IMG/VR virus record: IMGVR_UViG_3300029619_000004 | Reading direction: 5' to 3' (one strand) | Length of the DNA: 60,995 nucleotides | Source: a virus | Part shown: positions 42,725-52,187 of the stretch, in pieces | Layout of the letters: each line of letters opens with the position of its first letter | How positions within the stretch are numbered: the first letter of the stretch is position 1 | Notes under the pieces: model-generated | What the model was told of the DNA's origin: nothing | The model's input: only the letters and a program-made list of their open reading frames with translations | Database searches by the model: none | Made by a program: the position numbers and the translations under genes

Positions 42725-43315
42725 TTAATCGTTCTCCTCATATGTATTTTCAGAAATCAAAGTCATAAACTTCTCATACTGCTTTTCAGAAACTTTGTTA
42801 CCCTGTTTCTCCGGCTTTAAACGAATTTCAAGGTGCTTTTCTGCAATACTGGATAATTCCCTTGCAAGGTTGATTTTCCCTTGTCTAATGCCGTCACGAT
42901 AACCCTTAGTGGGTCTGTATTCATCAATCTTGGCTTTTCCCTCTCCCTGGCTACCGCTTGTCTTGTTACGCAACTGATAGCCATAATCGGCATAGGCTTT
43001 AATATAGTGCTGTTCCTGCTTATCCAGTTCTGATATTGGGAAATTCAGAAACCCGATTTTCCAACCGTGAGGGTTATCATCAGTATATAATCCATGTTTC
43101 TTCAGGCTAAGGTCTATATGCTGATACCCTACAAGATGTTGTGCAAGACGTTGTAAAATATGTACAGCTTGTCCGATATAAGCGTATCGAAAGCCGTTTT
43201 CATCAGTTCTTGTCAAGAAATAGATACCGCTTTCATCCGTAAGGCTAGGGTTTACTTCCAGTAACCGTTTACGGTTCTTTGATTCTATTGCATATCTCTG
43301 TCTTGGATTCTGCAA
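42725..43315 (-). CDS. GIY-YIG domain nuclease
   Basis: Carries the GIYFLTR...YAYIGQA...RL.QH motif. Confidence 0.6.
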   Translation of the reverse strand: MQNPRQRYAIESKNRKRLLEVNPSLTDESGIYFLTRTDENGFRYAYIGQAVHILQRLAQHLVGYQHIDLSLKKHGLYTDDNPHGWKIGFLNFPISELDKQEQHYIKAYADYGYQLRNKTSGSQGEGKAKIDEYRPTKGYRDGIRQGKINLARELSSIAEKHLEIRLKPEKQGNKVSEKQYEKFMTLISENTYEEND

Positions 43316-43333
43316 GATAAATCACGCTCCCTT

Positions 43334-43741
43334 TTAGTTAAATGGTAATTCTTCATCTATTCCATCTGGTATATTCATAAACCCGTCCCCGCTTGGAACT
43401 GCACTTCCGTTTTCCTGTTCACTGCTACTGCTCTTACTTTCTGCAAACTCGATTGATTCAACCATACAGTCGTTTGTATAAATGGTGTTACCGTCCTTGT
43501 TCTTATAGCTTCCAGTCTGCCATCTGCCATGAACTTCAAACTTTACGCCTTTTCTTCCGTACTTCTCGACAAATTCAGCCATTTTCCCAAATGCCGTACA
43601 GTTGATAAAATCTGCATTTGCCTGTCCTTCCTGTTTGAATCTGCGATTTACTGCAAGGCAGAATTTTGCAAATGGCTTATCTGCCGCATATCTTACTTCT
43701 GGCTCTCTTGTCATTCTTCCTGATATATCTACACTGTTCAC
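43334..43741 (-). CDS. ssb: single-stranded DNA-binding protein
   Basis: OB-fold pattern (GRMTREPEVRY...F.LAVNR...DFINCTAFGK.AE...KG..V.V.GR) with the acidic tip DEELPF. Confidence 0.85.
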   Translation of the reverse strand: MNSVDISGRMTREPEVRYAADKPFAKFCLAVNRRFKQEGQANADFINCTAFGKMAEFVEKYGRKGVKFEVHGRWQTGSYKNKDGNTIYTNDCMVESIEFAESKSSSSEQENGSAVPSGDGFMNIPDGIDEELPFN

Positions 43742-44052
43742 TGTATTTCTCCTTTCTCTACTGCTTCTAACTGTTCTCTTAACTGTTTCACCCTTTTTTC
43801 TGCATCAGATATTTTTTTATTAATTGTTTCAGTGAAAATACTTCTAGCAAGAAAATCATCTTTTTCAAGCAATATAACAGTGTCCCCCATTCGTTTACCA
43901 ATATATTCTTTACTTATTTTTCTACAATAAAAATCTCTAGGGCGTACATGCAGCAAATAAGTCTTGGACTTCTCGTCAGCTTCACACTCTTCAAACTGAA
44001 TAAATAGTTTACCATTATATGGTTCTTTCAGTGTATAAAAATACAATTTCAT
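43738..44052 (-). CDS. hypothetical protein
   Basis: 104-aa ORF with an overlapping start/stop. Confidence 0.5.
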   Translation of the reverse strand: MKLYFYTLKEPYNGKLFIQFEECEADEKSKTYLLHVRPRDFYCRKISKEYIGKRMGDTVILLEKDDFLARSIFTETINKKISDAEKRVKQLREQLEAVEKGEIQ

Positions 44053-44074
44053 TGATTTAATCCCTCACTTTCTC

Positions 44075-44772
44075 CTAAAACGGACATTCATCCGCATTTC
44101 TAAGTTCCCATTCCATACCGCCCTGTGCAACGCTCACATTTGCACTAGGAACGATTTTCTTAATCTCTTCAATAATTCTATCCTTATCGCAAGTTTCTTT
44201 CGCTGTGTGGCATAATATGACGTTCTGCAATGCATCTGACTTATTTGTTTCTACAATCCCTTTGCAAGTTTCCAGTTCGCAATGACCTAGAATCTTATGC
44301 TCGTAATTTGGGATATCCCTGTCCACCATATCCGCTATGTAGTTGCACTCAATCAACATGTGATCTACCGCCTGTTTCCTAAAATTGTAAGGGCAATACT
44401 CCATGTCGGTCATGTATAATAGCTTCTGTCTGTCTGCCTTGATGTAAAATCCGTAATTGGTAGTTCCGTTATGTGGCAACTGGAAACACTGGATTGTGAA
44501 ACTACCGTATTTCTGCATCTTCGGATTTTCTTCTTCATATGGTTTCCATACTGGGATTCCCATTTTCTCTATTAAGTCTGCGCTTTTGCTGTGGTCGCCT
44601 AACCATGGGAGTGACTTATAATCACTCCCGATATCCCCCTTATGTTCCAATTCAAACCTTTCTTAATCTCCTTAATCGGTATTCCACAATCAAGGATAAG
44701 TGTTTCTCCACTGTTGGAAGTTAGCAGATAACAATTTCCGGCTGATGATGAACCTAAGCATTTTAATCTCAT
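44075..44772 (-). pseudogene. metallo-beta-lactamase-fold hydrolase interrupted inside the HxHxDH motif (pseudogene or recoded by a +5 hop)
   Basis: Frame A runs from ATG 44772 and ends MRLKCLGSSSAGNCYLL...GVIISHSHG then UAG (44601-599). Frame B continues LGDHSKSADL... to 44075. Skipping 5 nt restores SHSHGDHSKS. Confidence 0.6.
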
Positions 44773-45443
44773 ATCGTACCTTTTGCTTTCCCTATTTCAG
44801 AAAAAGTTGTGTAAACCTCCCCTTCTACATAATAGTTATTGTAGTCACACTGCTTGATATACCACCAAAGCTTTTTATGCCCTAAATCAAGAATATCTTC
44901 CCAGTAATCAGTAGTTTTATATCCTTTATCAACAAGCTGTCTAAAGCTCAATTCGTCAATATCTCCACTATCTGACACGAATAATGCAATATTCATAATT
45001 TGCTCAAGTGTAAAATCCTTTGTCACAACATAAACTACTCTTACAATTTCATTTCCTGTTCTTTCAATATGCCTTAATTGCTCAAAGGTATTCAAGTGAT
45101 ATACAACTCTCGCGCAATCATAAAATGGAAAAGTGCTTTCGTTAGTCATATAGCTTGTATGCATTTCGATTGGTATGGAATTCCCTATTTGCCTATTTGC
45201 ATTTTTGCAAATTTTGAACAGTTTTCTGTACCAATCTATATGGCTTTCGTAATTGTATAATGGGTCTCCACCACCAGAAATTGAAATTATTGCACTTCCA
45301 GTTTCTTTTATTTTATTTTCTAAGTTATCAAGCCCCAAAAGCGTTGTTTTAGGTACATTGATTTCATTTTCTCTTGTAATACAGTATGGACATCTCCCGT
45401 GACAGCCAAAATTTGTTATAATACTTAGATATTTTTTATTCAT
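44769..45443 (-). CDS. radical SAM protein (224 aa), substrate unknown
   Basis: CHGRCPYC (CX3CX2C) near the N-terminus, and ISISGGGDPL as a GGE-like SAM motif. Confidence 0.7.
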   Translation of the reverse strand: MNKKYLSIITNFGCHGRCPYCITRENEINVPKTTLLGLDNLENKIKETGSAIISISGGGDPLYNYESHIDWYRKLFKICKNANRQIGNSIPIEMHTSYMTNESTFPFYDCARVVYHLNTFEQLRHIERTGNEIVRVVYVVTKDFTLEQIMNIALFVSDSGDIDELSFRQLVDKGYKTTDYWEDILDLGHKKLWWYIKQCDYNNYYVEGEVYTTFSEIGKAKGTI

Positions 45444-45820
45444 GCTTCTACCTCGTCATCTTTTGGAAACTGAAAGACAGCATTGTTAATGTATTCTACT
45501 TTTGACGGTTGATCTTCTGCTCGCACCACAATACCGCATTTCTTTAATGTTTCAAATGTCTTTGCCACATTTTCTGAAACATCAACATTCTGCATTACGA
45601 TAGGCATACCGATATATGTCTCTCTAAGCATTTCCATAGCTTTCTTTGCTTTTTCCTCCGAACTATAAAGTGCTATACATTTATGTCTCTCCTGTAAAGC
45701 AAAGTATGCTTCGATATCCCATCTGGCTAATCCATCTCCATATATTCCAACACATGATTCTTCTAACGTAACATTCTCATAAGGAATATCAATCGTTCCA
45801 TCCTGTGAAATTACTCTCAT
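45440..45820 (-). CDS. hypothetical protein
   Basis: 126 aa. Translationally coupled to the radical SAM gene. Confidence 0.5.
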   Translation of the reverse strand: MRVISQDGTIDIPYENVTLEESCVGIYGDGLARWDIEAYFALQERHKCIALYSSEEKAKKAMEMLRETYIGMPIVMQNVDVSENVAKTFETLKKCGIVVRAEDQPSKVEYINNAVFQFPKDDEVEA

Positions 45821-45823
45821 ATC

Positions 45824-46852
45824 CTATTCCCCCATAAAACTAGGTGTTTCTTCCACCTCTGTTGAATCTGTGTCAATTGCTTCTGTTTCTTCGGGGAAGT
45901 CTACTGTGTTGGCGTTCTCTGCGATATCTTCCTGCGCCAACTGATAAACTTTGTCCATTTCAATCTGCGCCTGTCTTGCCATAGGGTCATAATTCTTAGG
46001 ATATTTACGTGTTGCATTGTTACACATCTTCCTCTGAATCATGCTTTCTGGCGTATCAAGCCATGCACCGCTGATATACGGTCTGGCTACTTCACACTGC
46101 AACATATCATCCACTGTCGCACACGCTCTTAAAGCATCTAAGATTTCATTTTTCTTAGCCTTGATTTCCTCTTTCTGCTTCGGAGTTGCCTTGTATCTAT
46201 CCTCACAGATACCAAACGTGGCATTAATCATGTTTTGCTTGACGTGTGCTAAAAGGTTGACCTTAACACTGTCTCTGTCTGCCATAAGGTATGTTACTGT
46301 TCCGTCTGTCAGTTTTACAGGATATACAACTCTTACAGCTTTACTTGACAATCCTTTTTCTTCCCATTTCGGGGGCGTAACTTCCAGACCTTTATGCTTG
46401 GGTGGTATATATTCGTCTCCTTCTTTTATGACCCAGAACGGATAAACCTTGTCAACGTCTTTTCCATAGTTGGAAAGTAATGAGTCATAGCCTGTTCCCT
46501 CAATACCCATTTCAACGACCTTTACCCACTCATTTCCCTGCTTAACGCTTCGTAACTGGAAGTAACACTCTCTCGGATATGCGCTCGCATTCAGTTTAAG
46601 GCTTGCACACTGCTCTACAATCTGTCTAAGGTTGCTTGTATCAATGCTCCTCATGTCTGCCTTATCATCATTCTTAACAAGTGTATAAATGCTTGTCATA
46701 GCTTCCATTGCGCATTTTTTTGCGTAATCATCAAATTTTACCCCACACGCTTCATAATCTCTTGCAATAAGTCCTGTGATTTCATTTGACCACTGGCTTA
46801 ATGATGTTGTAAATTCTTTTTTTTCTGCTAATGCCTGTTTTGTATCTGCCAT
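45824..46852 (-). CDS. single-strand annealing protein candidate (RecT-like)
   Basis: Based on size, position between the SMC-like ATPase and the nuclease/SSB genes, and a loose RecT-like core pattern. This is an unverified call. Confidence 0.4.
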   Translation of the reverse strand: MADTKQALAEKKEFTTSLSQWSNEITGLIARDYEACGVKFDDYAKKCAMEAMTSIYTLVKNDDKADMRSIDTSNLRQIVEQCASLKLNASAYPRECYFQLRSVKQGNEWVKVVEMGIEGTGYDSLLSNYGKDVDKVYPFWVIKEGDEYIPPKHKGLEVTPPKWEEKGLSSKAVRVVYPVKLTDGTVTYLMADRDSVKVNLLAHVKQNMINATFGICEDRYKATPKQKEEIKAKKNEILDALRACATVDDMLQCEVARPYISGAWLDTPESMIQRKMCNNATRKYPKNYDPMARQAQIEMDKVYQLAQEDIAENANTVDFPEETEAIDTDSTEVEETPSFMGE

Positions 46853-46854
46853 AA

Positions 46855-47280
46855 TTATTCCTCACTTTCATTCTTCTTCATTTCTGCTAACATCTTTTTT
46901 GCATCTTCCAGTGTAAGAAGTGCATATTGAGAACCGATTGTATCTGGAGCTGTAAAAAATTCATCAATTCCAAGCATTACAAAAATGTCACCGTCTTTGT
47001 CAATTCCAATAGCTTGTACTTTTTCGTCCTCATTGTACTGTTTAATGCAAAGTCCTTTGTTTCCGTCATCGTCCTCATCAGTAATCCAATACAGCCTATC
47101 TCCAATTTTGCACGGAAGAGCTAACAGTCTGCCCTGTTCCTCTAAGTCCTCATAATCTGCCAGTTTGGTAAGAATATTAATGCAATATTCATTAAGTCTG
47201 TCAAAGTCTCTATCAATAAGAGGTTCTTTTGAAACTCCTTTACCCGTTCTAGTTCTTTCTTTACGTGTCAGTCTTTCCAT
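46855..47280 (-). CDS. hypothetical protein, paralog of 42265..42705
   Basis: Shares the MERLT and KLADYEDLEEQGRLLALPCKIGD block. Confidence 0.5.
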   Translation of the reverse strand: MERLTRKERTRTGKGVSKEPLIDRDFDRLNEYCINILTKLADYEDLEEQGRLLALPCKIGDRLYWITDEDDDGNKGLCIKQYNEDEKVQAIGIDKDGDIFVMLGIDEFFTAPDTIGSQYALLTLEDAKKMLAEMKKNESEE

Positions 47281-49224
47281 TTAAACCACCTCTAACCTCT
47301 CGTTTTCATTTACAATCAGCATAACCAACTGCGAATCGACCATTTCAGCAACCTTTGCCTGGTTATCATCGTCGAGTGACTCCGAATCATCAAGAAACAC
47401 TGTCGTGCTGATTCCACACATTTTCTGAATTGAATTGCAGATGTCCACTCTGCCTAAGATCCTGTTACCCTTGTTGCTCATGGTCGTAAGAATAGATTTC
47501 CCCTCTACAGTAGGTATGCAAACGGATTTATAATTACCGTTCTTAGCCGTGTCAAACAACTGCCATTTAACTAATGAGAAGTTGTTATTGACCGCATCTG
47601 TCAAGGCTTCATTCTTTGCTCTGTCTAACTGATCTAACAGGGCAAGTATTTTCTCTGCATCCGTTTTCGCCTGTTCCAAGTCTGTTTTCTGATTTCTAAG
47701 TTCTTCCAGTCTTGCTTCATCAGATTCCGTATTTGTAGAAGCTATTTTCTTTTCAACCTCTGCTAACTGTGATCTGATTTCAGATTCTTCCAGTTTCAAA
47801 GATTTCTTGATATCTGAAAGTGACGTTGACTGCTTCAATAATTCTTCCTTACGGACGATTTCATCCTGTACAGACTTATAATCTTCCCTGTCGTGGATAT
47901 CAACATACTGCGGGATAGATTCTAACTTTGTTGTCATTTCTGCGTATTCTTTATTTACAGTGTTCAAATTTTTGTTTAAATCAGATAACAACTGTTCTTT
48001 TTCTTTTAATAACTGCTGTTCTTTTTCAATCTCTCCTTTAGCCTTGAATCCGTCCGTCTCAATTTTACCGATTCTATCAGTTTTTGACTTTTCAAAGGTT
48101 TCCATGAGATTCTTAACATCTTCTTCCAGCAACTCTCTGTGACAGGTAGGGCATATAGCTGTATTTGAATCAAATTTCTCTGCCTTGACCGCTTTCCACG
48201 CATTCCACAGTCTTGTCTTTTCCTCTGTCAATTCTGCAATCTTCTTATTGCTGTTGGAAATTTCATTCTCTGCAAGCCTGATACTGGATTTCAGACTGTT
48301 AATTTCAACGCTCTTATTCATCATGGTTGCCCTAAGTTCTGCCATTTGTACTTCTAACTCACTGTTAGCCGTATTCTGCATTTCAGAAAGCTTCATTTGT
48401 AACTGCATAATATCCTGTGTAGCCTTATCATACTCTGCCAGTAAGTTTTCATTCCCGTTCTGCTTGTAAAGATTCTGTTCAAGCTGTTCCTGTAATGCAT
48501 TTTTCTGTAAGACAAGTTCTGCTGTGTCAATGTCGGATTTAATCTGAATATCACGTTCTTTTTCCTTGATCTGACCGTCCAAAATTTTAGAATTTGTGTT
48601 GTAATCACTCTTTACTTTCTGATTCATAGCCCGAATTTCATCTGCTTTGTATTTTTCAAGTAAAGGAACAAGTTCATGTAATTCTGAATTACTACTTGCA
48701 AAATCAATGTCTGATATTTTACTGACAAATTGGAACAAAAATTCTCTCATTTCCGTAGGTTTCTGGTTAATAAAAGCATTGATATTGCTACACATTTTAA
48801 ACAGCTTCATATTTACATCAAAGTACTCATTAAACGCCTTTAATGTTTTTGGAACGCTATTAATGTAATATGAGTTAGTATCGCTTACGGTTTCAACAAC
48901 GATGCCATCTTTTACTGCTTCGCCATATGTACGCTTCTGCACTTTCTTAGCCGTAACTTCCTTACCGCCAATATCCAGTACTGCTGTGACTGCTGTGTCC
49001 ATATCGTCTACGCTCTTGCCGTCAACTGTTCTTCTAACCGCTGGATTGTCCGATAAATCATAGTCACAGTTGAAAAGCAGCCATGTGTAGGCATTCACAA
49101 TACTGGACTTGCCCTTGCCATTCTTCCCCATAATTCTTGTCAGTTCCGAGAAATCAAATTCTGCCTGTGAATACATCATGAAATTTTCAAGAATCAGCTT
49201 CTTTAATCTAATTACCTTACACAT
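47281..49224 (-). CDS. SMC/SbcC/Rad50-like ABC ATPase with coiled coil and CxxC hook
   Basis: Walker A GKNGKGKSS, a long coiled coil with a central CPTCHR, and a C-terminal Walker B VFLDDSESLD. Confidence 0.65.
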   Translation of the reverse strand: MCKVIRLKKLILENFMMYSQAEFDFSELTRIMGKNGKGKSSIVNAYTWLLFNCDYDLSDNPAVRRTVDGKSVDDMDTAVTAVLDIGGKEVTAKKVQKRTYGEAVKDGIVVETVSDTNSYYINSVPKTLKAFNEYFDVNMKLFKMCSNINAFINQKPTEMREFLFQFVSKISDIDFASSNSELHELVPLLEKYKADEIRAMNQKVKSDYNTNSKILDGQIKEKERDIQIKSDIDTAELVLQKNALQEQLEQNLYKQNGNENLLAEYDKATQDIMQLQMKLSEMQNTANSELEVQMAELRATMMNKSVEINSLKSSIRLAENEISNSNKKIAELTEEKTRLWNAWKAVKAEKFDSNTAICPTCHRELLEEDVKNLMETFEKSKTDRIGKIETDGFKAKGEIEKEQQLLKEKEQLLSDLNKNLNTVNKEYAEMTTKLESIPQYVDIHDREDYKSVQDEIVRKEELLKQSTSLSDIKKSLKLEESEIRSQLAEVEKKIASTNTESDEARLEELRNQKTDLEQAKTDAEKILALLDQLDRAKNEALTDAVNNNFSLVKWQLFDTAKNGNYKSVCIPTVEGKSILTTMSNKGNRILGRVDICNSIQKMCGISTTVFLDDSESLDDDNQAKVAEMVDSQLVMLIVNENERLEVV

Positions 49225-49459
49225 CGTCAAACTCCTTTCCTTCTGATGAATCAAACAGTTTCTTTTCTTTCTCTGCCTGCTTGTTTGCTTCTTTATAAAA
49301 TCCCATGATTCTTAATGCGGTCTTTACGTTGCAAAAGTCCGTATTAACGATATAGTCAACTGCCGCATCAACTCTACTTTCTAAAGCAACTAACTGCTCA
49401 TACCGTTCCTGCGAAATAGTGACCGTATCGCAGGATTTACTTTTAATCAAATCTTCCAC
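49217..49459 (-). CDS. hypothetical protein
   Basis: GTG start with an AGGAGTG RBS. Confidence 0.45.
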   Translation of the reverse strand: MEDLIKSKSCDTVTISQERYEQLVALESRVDAAVDYIVNTDFCNVKTALRIMGFYKEANKQAEKEKKLFDSSEGKEFDDV

Positions 49460-50034
49460 GTTCTCACTCCTAACTTCAATTCGTTCCCGGACAATTCGTA
49501 AACTGTCTTAGTCCGTCCGTCTTTCTCATACTGCCTTGACTGGAATCTTCCTTTTATAGTAACTGTCTTCCCTGTTGCTAAATTCTTTGCAAATAAAGCA
49601 TTTACTGACCACACAATACACGGTATGCAATCCGTTTTTCCATTCTTCCTGGAAGATACCACTAGCAACTCTGCTATGTATCTTCCACTTTGGGTCTGCC
49701 TGAACACTGGTTTTTTGACGATAACACCTGTTATTTCTGTGTGGTTTCCATCTGCTTCAAATACCATTGATATAGATTCTACATGGACAAATAACTCTAA
49801 GTGCGTCCGTTTTCCGTCAAACACCTGTCTACTATGGATAGCACCTGTTATTTTATGAACAGTTCCGTTTTGAATCTGATTTGCAATCCCTTGTTCTGCG
49901 ATACATGGTATTATGTCCTCATATCCACTTAGCCGTCTAACAATCATTTGAAAGCTGTAGAATCGGATTTTACCTACCGTGTGGCTGTATTTAGGTTTTT
50001 CATTCATCCTGCCGCATAGCGTTATCCTGTTCAT
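49447..50034 (-). CDS. tandem OB-fold (SSB-like) protein
   Basis: Two repeats of an SSB-like pattern (ITLCGRM...IPCIA and ITGVIVKKP...IPCIVW...V.IKGRFQSRQY). The start is taken at ATG 50034. Confidence 0.45.
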   Translation of the reverse strand: MNRITLCGRMNEKPKYSHTVGKIRFYSFQMIVRRLSGYEDIIPCIAEQGIANQIQNGTVHKITGAIHSRQVFDGKRTHLELFVHVESISMVFEADGNHTEITGVIVKKPVFRQTQSGRYIAELLVVSSRKNGKTDCIPCIVWSVNALFAKNLATGKTVTIKGRFQSRQYEKDGRTKTVYELSGNELKLGVRTWKI

Positions 50035-50350
50035 CTTCCAGCTCCCTTCTGATGTTGAATGCCAGTAGGGAAACAAAACCGCTGTTCGTTTTGAACTCAC
50101 TCTCGATATACTTTTTGTAGGTAGGAGTTCTTGAGTCCGCAAGTTCTACTGTGCGTGTTACAACTTTATGAACTGAACCGCCTGTAATTCCATGTTCAGA
50201 TGCAATTTCGTCATACATATCCTGTAGTTTCTTTGTCGGATTTATTATCTTTCCTACAGTCAGTTCCACGATATAGTAGAATCCACGCATACTGGGTTCT
50301 ATTCCCATAGATATCAAGGCATTCTCAATTTTTCTTAGCCTGTTATCCAT
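50000..50350 (-). CDS. Spo0A C-terminal (DNA-binding) domain-like protein, no receiver domain
   Basis: MGIEPSMRGFYYIVE...MYDEIASEHGITGGSVHKVVTRTVELA...KTNSGFVSLLAFNIR parallels Spo0A GVPAHIKGY.YL..AI...LY..IA.K...T.S.VERAIR.AIE.A...PTNSEFIAMVADKLR. Confidence 0.6.
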   Translation of the reverse strand: MDNRLRKIENALISMGIEPSMRGFYYIVELTVGKIINPTKKLQDMYDEIASEHGITGGSVHKVVTRTVELADSRTPTYKKYIESEFKTNSGFVSLLAFNIRRELEDEQDNAMRQDE

Positions 50351-50352
50351 GG

Positions 50353-50460
50353 CTATTCCTCTTCTACTTCAAATCCGACTACATGACCGTCATTGATCAA
50401 GACTCCAACACCTAATTCCTCACACATTTTTTCTACTTCCGCAATTGTAAAATCTTCCAT
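50353..50460 (-). CDS. 35-aa acidic peptide
   Basis: Hand translation gives MEDFTIAEVEKMCEELGVGVLINDGHVVGFEVEEE. It fills the gap between neighbouring genes. Confidence 0.3.
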   Translation of the reverse strand: MEDFTIAEVEKMCEELGVGVLINDGHVVGFEVEEE

Positions 50461-50482
50461 ATCTTTTTCCCTCTCTTCTTAT

Positions 50483-50728
50483 TTAAAATAGCATTGCTTT
50501 TGTCAGTCCTCTTGAAGCCGATTTCTGAAACTGCTTCATTTCCTCTATTACCTCTGATTCTGCCCTTCGGGAATCCTCTACAGCCTGTGCAATCAGCATT
50601 TCTGCTGTCTCTTCATCAAAGTGCTGTTCAAATCTGAACCGTAGTGTTCGGATGATATTCGCAAGGTCAAGGCACATTTCTGTATCTTTACCGATAAAAT
50701 CCACTTTTGAATCATTTGCTATAATCAT
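50483..50728 (-). CDS. hypothetical protein
   Basis: 81-aa minus-strand ORF. Confidence 0.5.
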   Translation of the reverse strand: MIIANDSKVDFIGKDTEMCLDLANIIRTLRFRFEQHFDEETAEMLIAQAVEDSRRAESEVIEEMKQFQKSASRGLTKAMLF

Positions 50729-51084
50729 GATCCCACCTCTTCTGCTAACTTAGCCATTTTCCAACCGGCTATATCTTCACTCCTGCATACGCTCCAAGAT
50801 GTTGTTCCGCATTTCCATGCGTACACTATTCCGTTCTCGTATTTTGCAAAATATCTTTTTTTCCACGCATTTTCTTTGTGATCTCTTACCAAAATCGGTG
50901 TATCTACAGCTACATTGTTCCAATCAACAGGCAGTTCTTCATATTCCTTTTTGTCTATTGGCTCTTCATACAAAAGTGTGTCACAGCCATTATCAGTTCC
51001 TATTATTATTTTGTAATCAGCTTTGGCATCTGCCGGATATTGCATTAATTTCTTCATAAGTTCGTATATTGTCAAATCTTTCAC
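50725..51084 (-). CDS. hypothetical protein
   Basis: 119-aa minus-strand ORF. Confidence 0.5.
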   Translation of the reverse strand: MKDLTIYELMKKLMQYPADAKADYKIIIGTDNGCDTLLYEEPIDKKEYEELPVDWNNVAVDTPILVRDHKENAWKKRYFAKYENGIVYAWKCGTTSWSVCRSEDIAGWKMAKLAEEVGS

Positions 51085-51090
51085 CTCTCT

Positions 51091-51915
51091 CTAAGCGCAG
51101 TACTCAATTTCATACTCTGAAACAATTTTTGTAAATATCTCACGCAATTTCTTATCTTCCTCAATTACATCCATGCGATTCAACTTATTAATTTCTGTTT
51201 TCGTGCATCCATTATCAGTCATGCGCTGTTTACGGTTTCTTAATCTGGTAGACAAATCGCATCCTGCTCTACGTTCCAATTCACAATACATTTCTGTACG
51301 TAAAAGATTAAATGGTGTAGATGCACTTTTCTGAATACGATTAAATTTAACATTGATTTCATCACGCCAATTATCGAGAACAGGTTTTACAGCTTCTTTG
51401 ATATGTTCAGTTGTCTCAATGGCTTTCTGTGCTGTTTCCTGTGCGATAGCAATTTGTTTATCACGTTCCTTGTCAGCAAGTTCTTTCTGAACCATTTGAT
51501 TAAGAAGTCCTTGCAATGCTTGCAATTCTGGAGATAACTGATCGTTGACGCTTTGATGTACATTGAAATAAGAAGAAACTAATTTTCTTTGCACTTCCCA
51601 TGCCAAATCATCCGTGAATGACTTTACTAACATCAGATAACCCTGTTCTGTAATGAGTGCTGTTCCTCTTGGACTTGCGGTATCAATTCCTACTGGACGA
51701 AATCCGTCCAATTCAGTATTTTCAAGGTCTGACGGCTTCAAAACGAAATAATCTTCGCCCTCAACAAAATGTTTCTTGTTTTCAGCGAATCTGTGTCTTG
51801 CTGTTCCGTCCGGTCTTTCGTGAACCATATCAATGTCCTTAAATGTAACTACTCTCTGACCCTTATATTCTTTTATGGAAATATCAGCATTTCCAATGTG
51901 AATTAATTTGTTCAA
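51091..51915 (-). CDS. antirepressor-like protein (ORF6N-type N-terminal domain)
   Basis: IKEYKGQRVVTFKDIDMVH...HFVEGEDYFVL...GYLMLVKSFTDDLAWEVQRKLVSSYF. Second gene of the Cro-side operon. Confidence 0.6.
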   Translation of the reverse strand: MNKLIHIGNADISIKEYKGQRVVTFKDIDMVHERPDGTARHRFAENKKHFVEGEDYFVLKPSDLENTELDGFRPVGIDTASPRGTALITEQGYLMLVKSFTDDLAWEVQRKLVSSYFNVHQSVNDQLSPELQALQGLLNQMVQKELADKERDKQIAIAQETAQKAIETTEHIKEAVKPVLDNWRDEINVKFNRIQKSASTPFNLLRTEMYCELERRAGCDLSTRLRNRKQRMTDNGCTKTEINKLNRMDVIEEDKKLREIFTKIVSEYEIEYCA

Positions 51916-51935
51916 TTCTTCTCCTTTCTTAAAAG

Positions 51936-52160
51936 TTAAATGTTTTGAACTTCTAAGGTAAAAAAATAATCCTGTATATCTTCCTCAGATAATCCAAGAA
52001 GATTAATAGCTGTCAATATTTCGTTCTGCTTCCATGGTCTTTTTCCGTTCATTTTAAGAGATAAAGTCCTTTCAGAACAGCCAAGGGCATTGGCAAAATC
52101 ATATTGACTACCAAACTTTTCAACAATGCGACCTCGCAATTTGCTGTAATTAAAAGCCAT
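51936..52160 (-). CDS. Cro-like HTH regulator
   Basis: 74 aa, SQYDFANALGCSERTLSLKMNG HTH, divergent from the repressor gene. Confidence 0.6.
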   Translation of the reverse strand: MAFNYSKLRGRIVEKFGSQYDFANALGCSERTLSLKMNGKRPWKQNEILTAINLLGLSEEDIQDYFFTLEVQNI

Positions 52161-52187
52161 ATTTTATTTCTCCTTTCTTTATTTTCT

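Noticed and set aside
44599-44601. Stop-codon reassignment or suppressor-tRNA read-through of the in-gene UAG
   Set aside because: Read-through would not restore the downstream frame. All other genes are intact under the standard code and many end in TAG.
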